The position numbers and the translations under genes are program-made. A stretch of DNA of 64,000 bases, from positions 45,942,001-46,006,000 of the forward strand of contig NC_043001.1 in the NCBI RefSeq assembly GCF_006345805.1, in the 5' to 3' direction. This DNA is from Octopus sinensis (taxonomy: Eukaryota). Below the pieces are notes generated by a model. The model searched no databases and had not been told where the DNA came from. It saw only the letters and a list, made by a program, of their open reading frames with translations. Numbering within the stretch: the first letter of the stretch is position 1; each line of letters opens with the position of its first letter. This document shows positions 63,858-64,000 of the stretch, one piece after another.

Positions 63858-64000
63858 TTTTCTTTATCGTGAATTTGTTTCAGTCACTGAACTGTGGACA
63901 TGCAATGGCACTGCCTTGAAAGGTTTAGTTGAATAACTCGACCGAGTTCTTATAATTTAAGTCTGGTACTTATTTCTTTGATCGACTTTTGCCGAACCGC
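63858..64000 (-). mobile_element. family A SINE 3' part, cut by the window end
   Basis: ttgtttcagtcactgaactgtggacatgc...ggcactgccttgaa...ctggtacttatt...ttttgccgaaccgc. Confidence 0.7.

Noticed and set aside
62898-63936. 200-290 aa ORFs (MYVC repeats), likewise those at 41437-42012, 43412-43738 and 45961-46601
   Set aside because: Translations of (TATG)n, which has no stop codon in most frames; not proteins.

Overview
AT-rich, repeat-saturated eukaryotic non-coding DNA with no host protein-coding exon that I can support. The repeat families (tRNA-headed SINEs with CORE-like and V/Meta-like bodies, RTE, CR1-like and R4/Dong-like LINE relics, long (TATG)n and (TCTA)n arrays) look like a coleoid cephalopod, most likely Octopus; this is inference from recalled families, not a search result. 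Almost all ORFs in the track are microsatellite or SINE artefacts. Supported features: a full-length but inactivated DD34D mariner (55156-56427); mariner, Tc1, piggyBac and hAT MITEs; three non-autonomous Helitrons; a Naiad-type Penelope fragment; several LINE relics; and many nested SINEs. Most interesting: (1) an apparently intact minimal type I hammerhead ribozyme on the minus strand at 39019-39078, plus more degenerate hammerhead-like motifs; (2) restriction-like-endonuclease LINE copies that nearly all abut (ATAC/TATG)n; (3) a SINE and a CR1-like LINE sharing a 3' tail, with modular tail swapping among SINEs; (4) two ~90-nt hairpins of pre-miRNA size; (5) a step in CpG density near 23.9 kb. 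I found no evidence of a novel protein-coding system.
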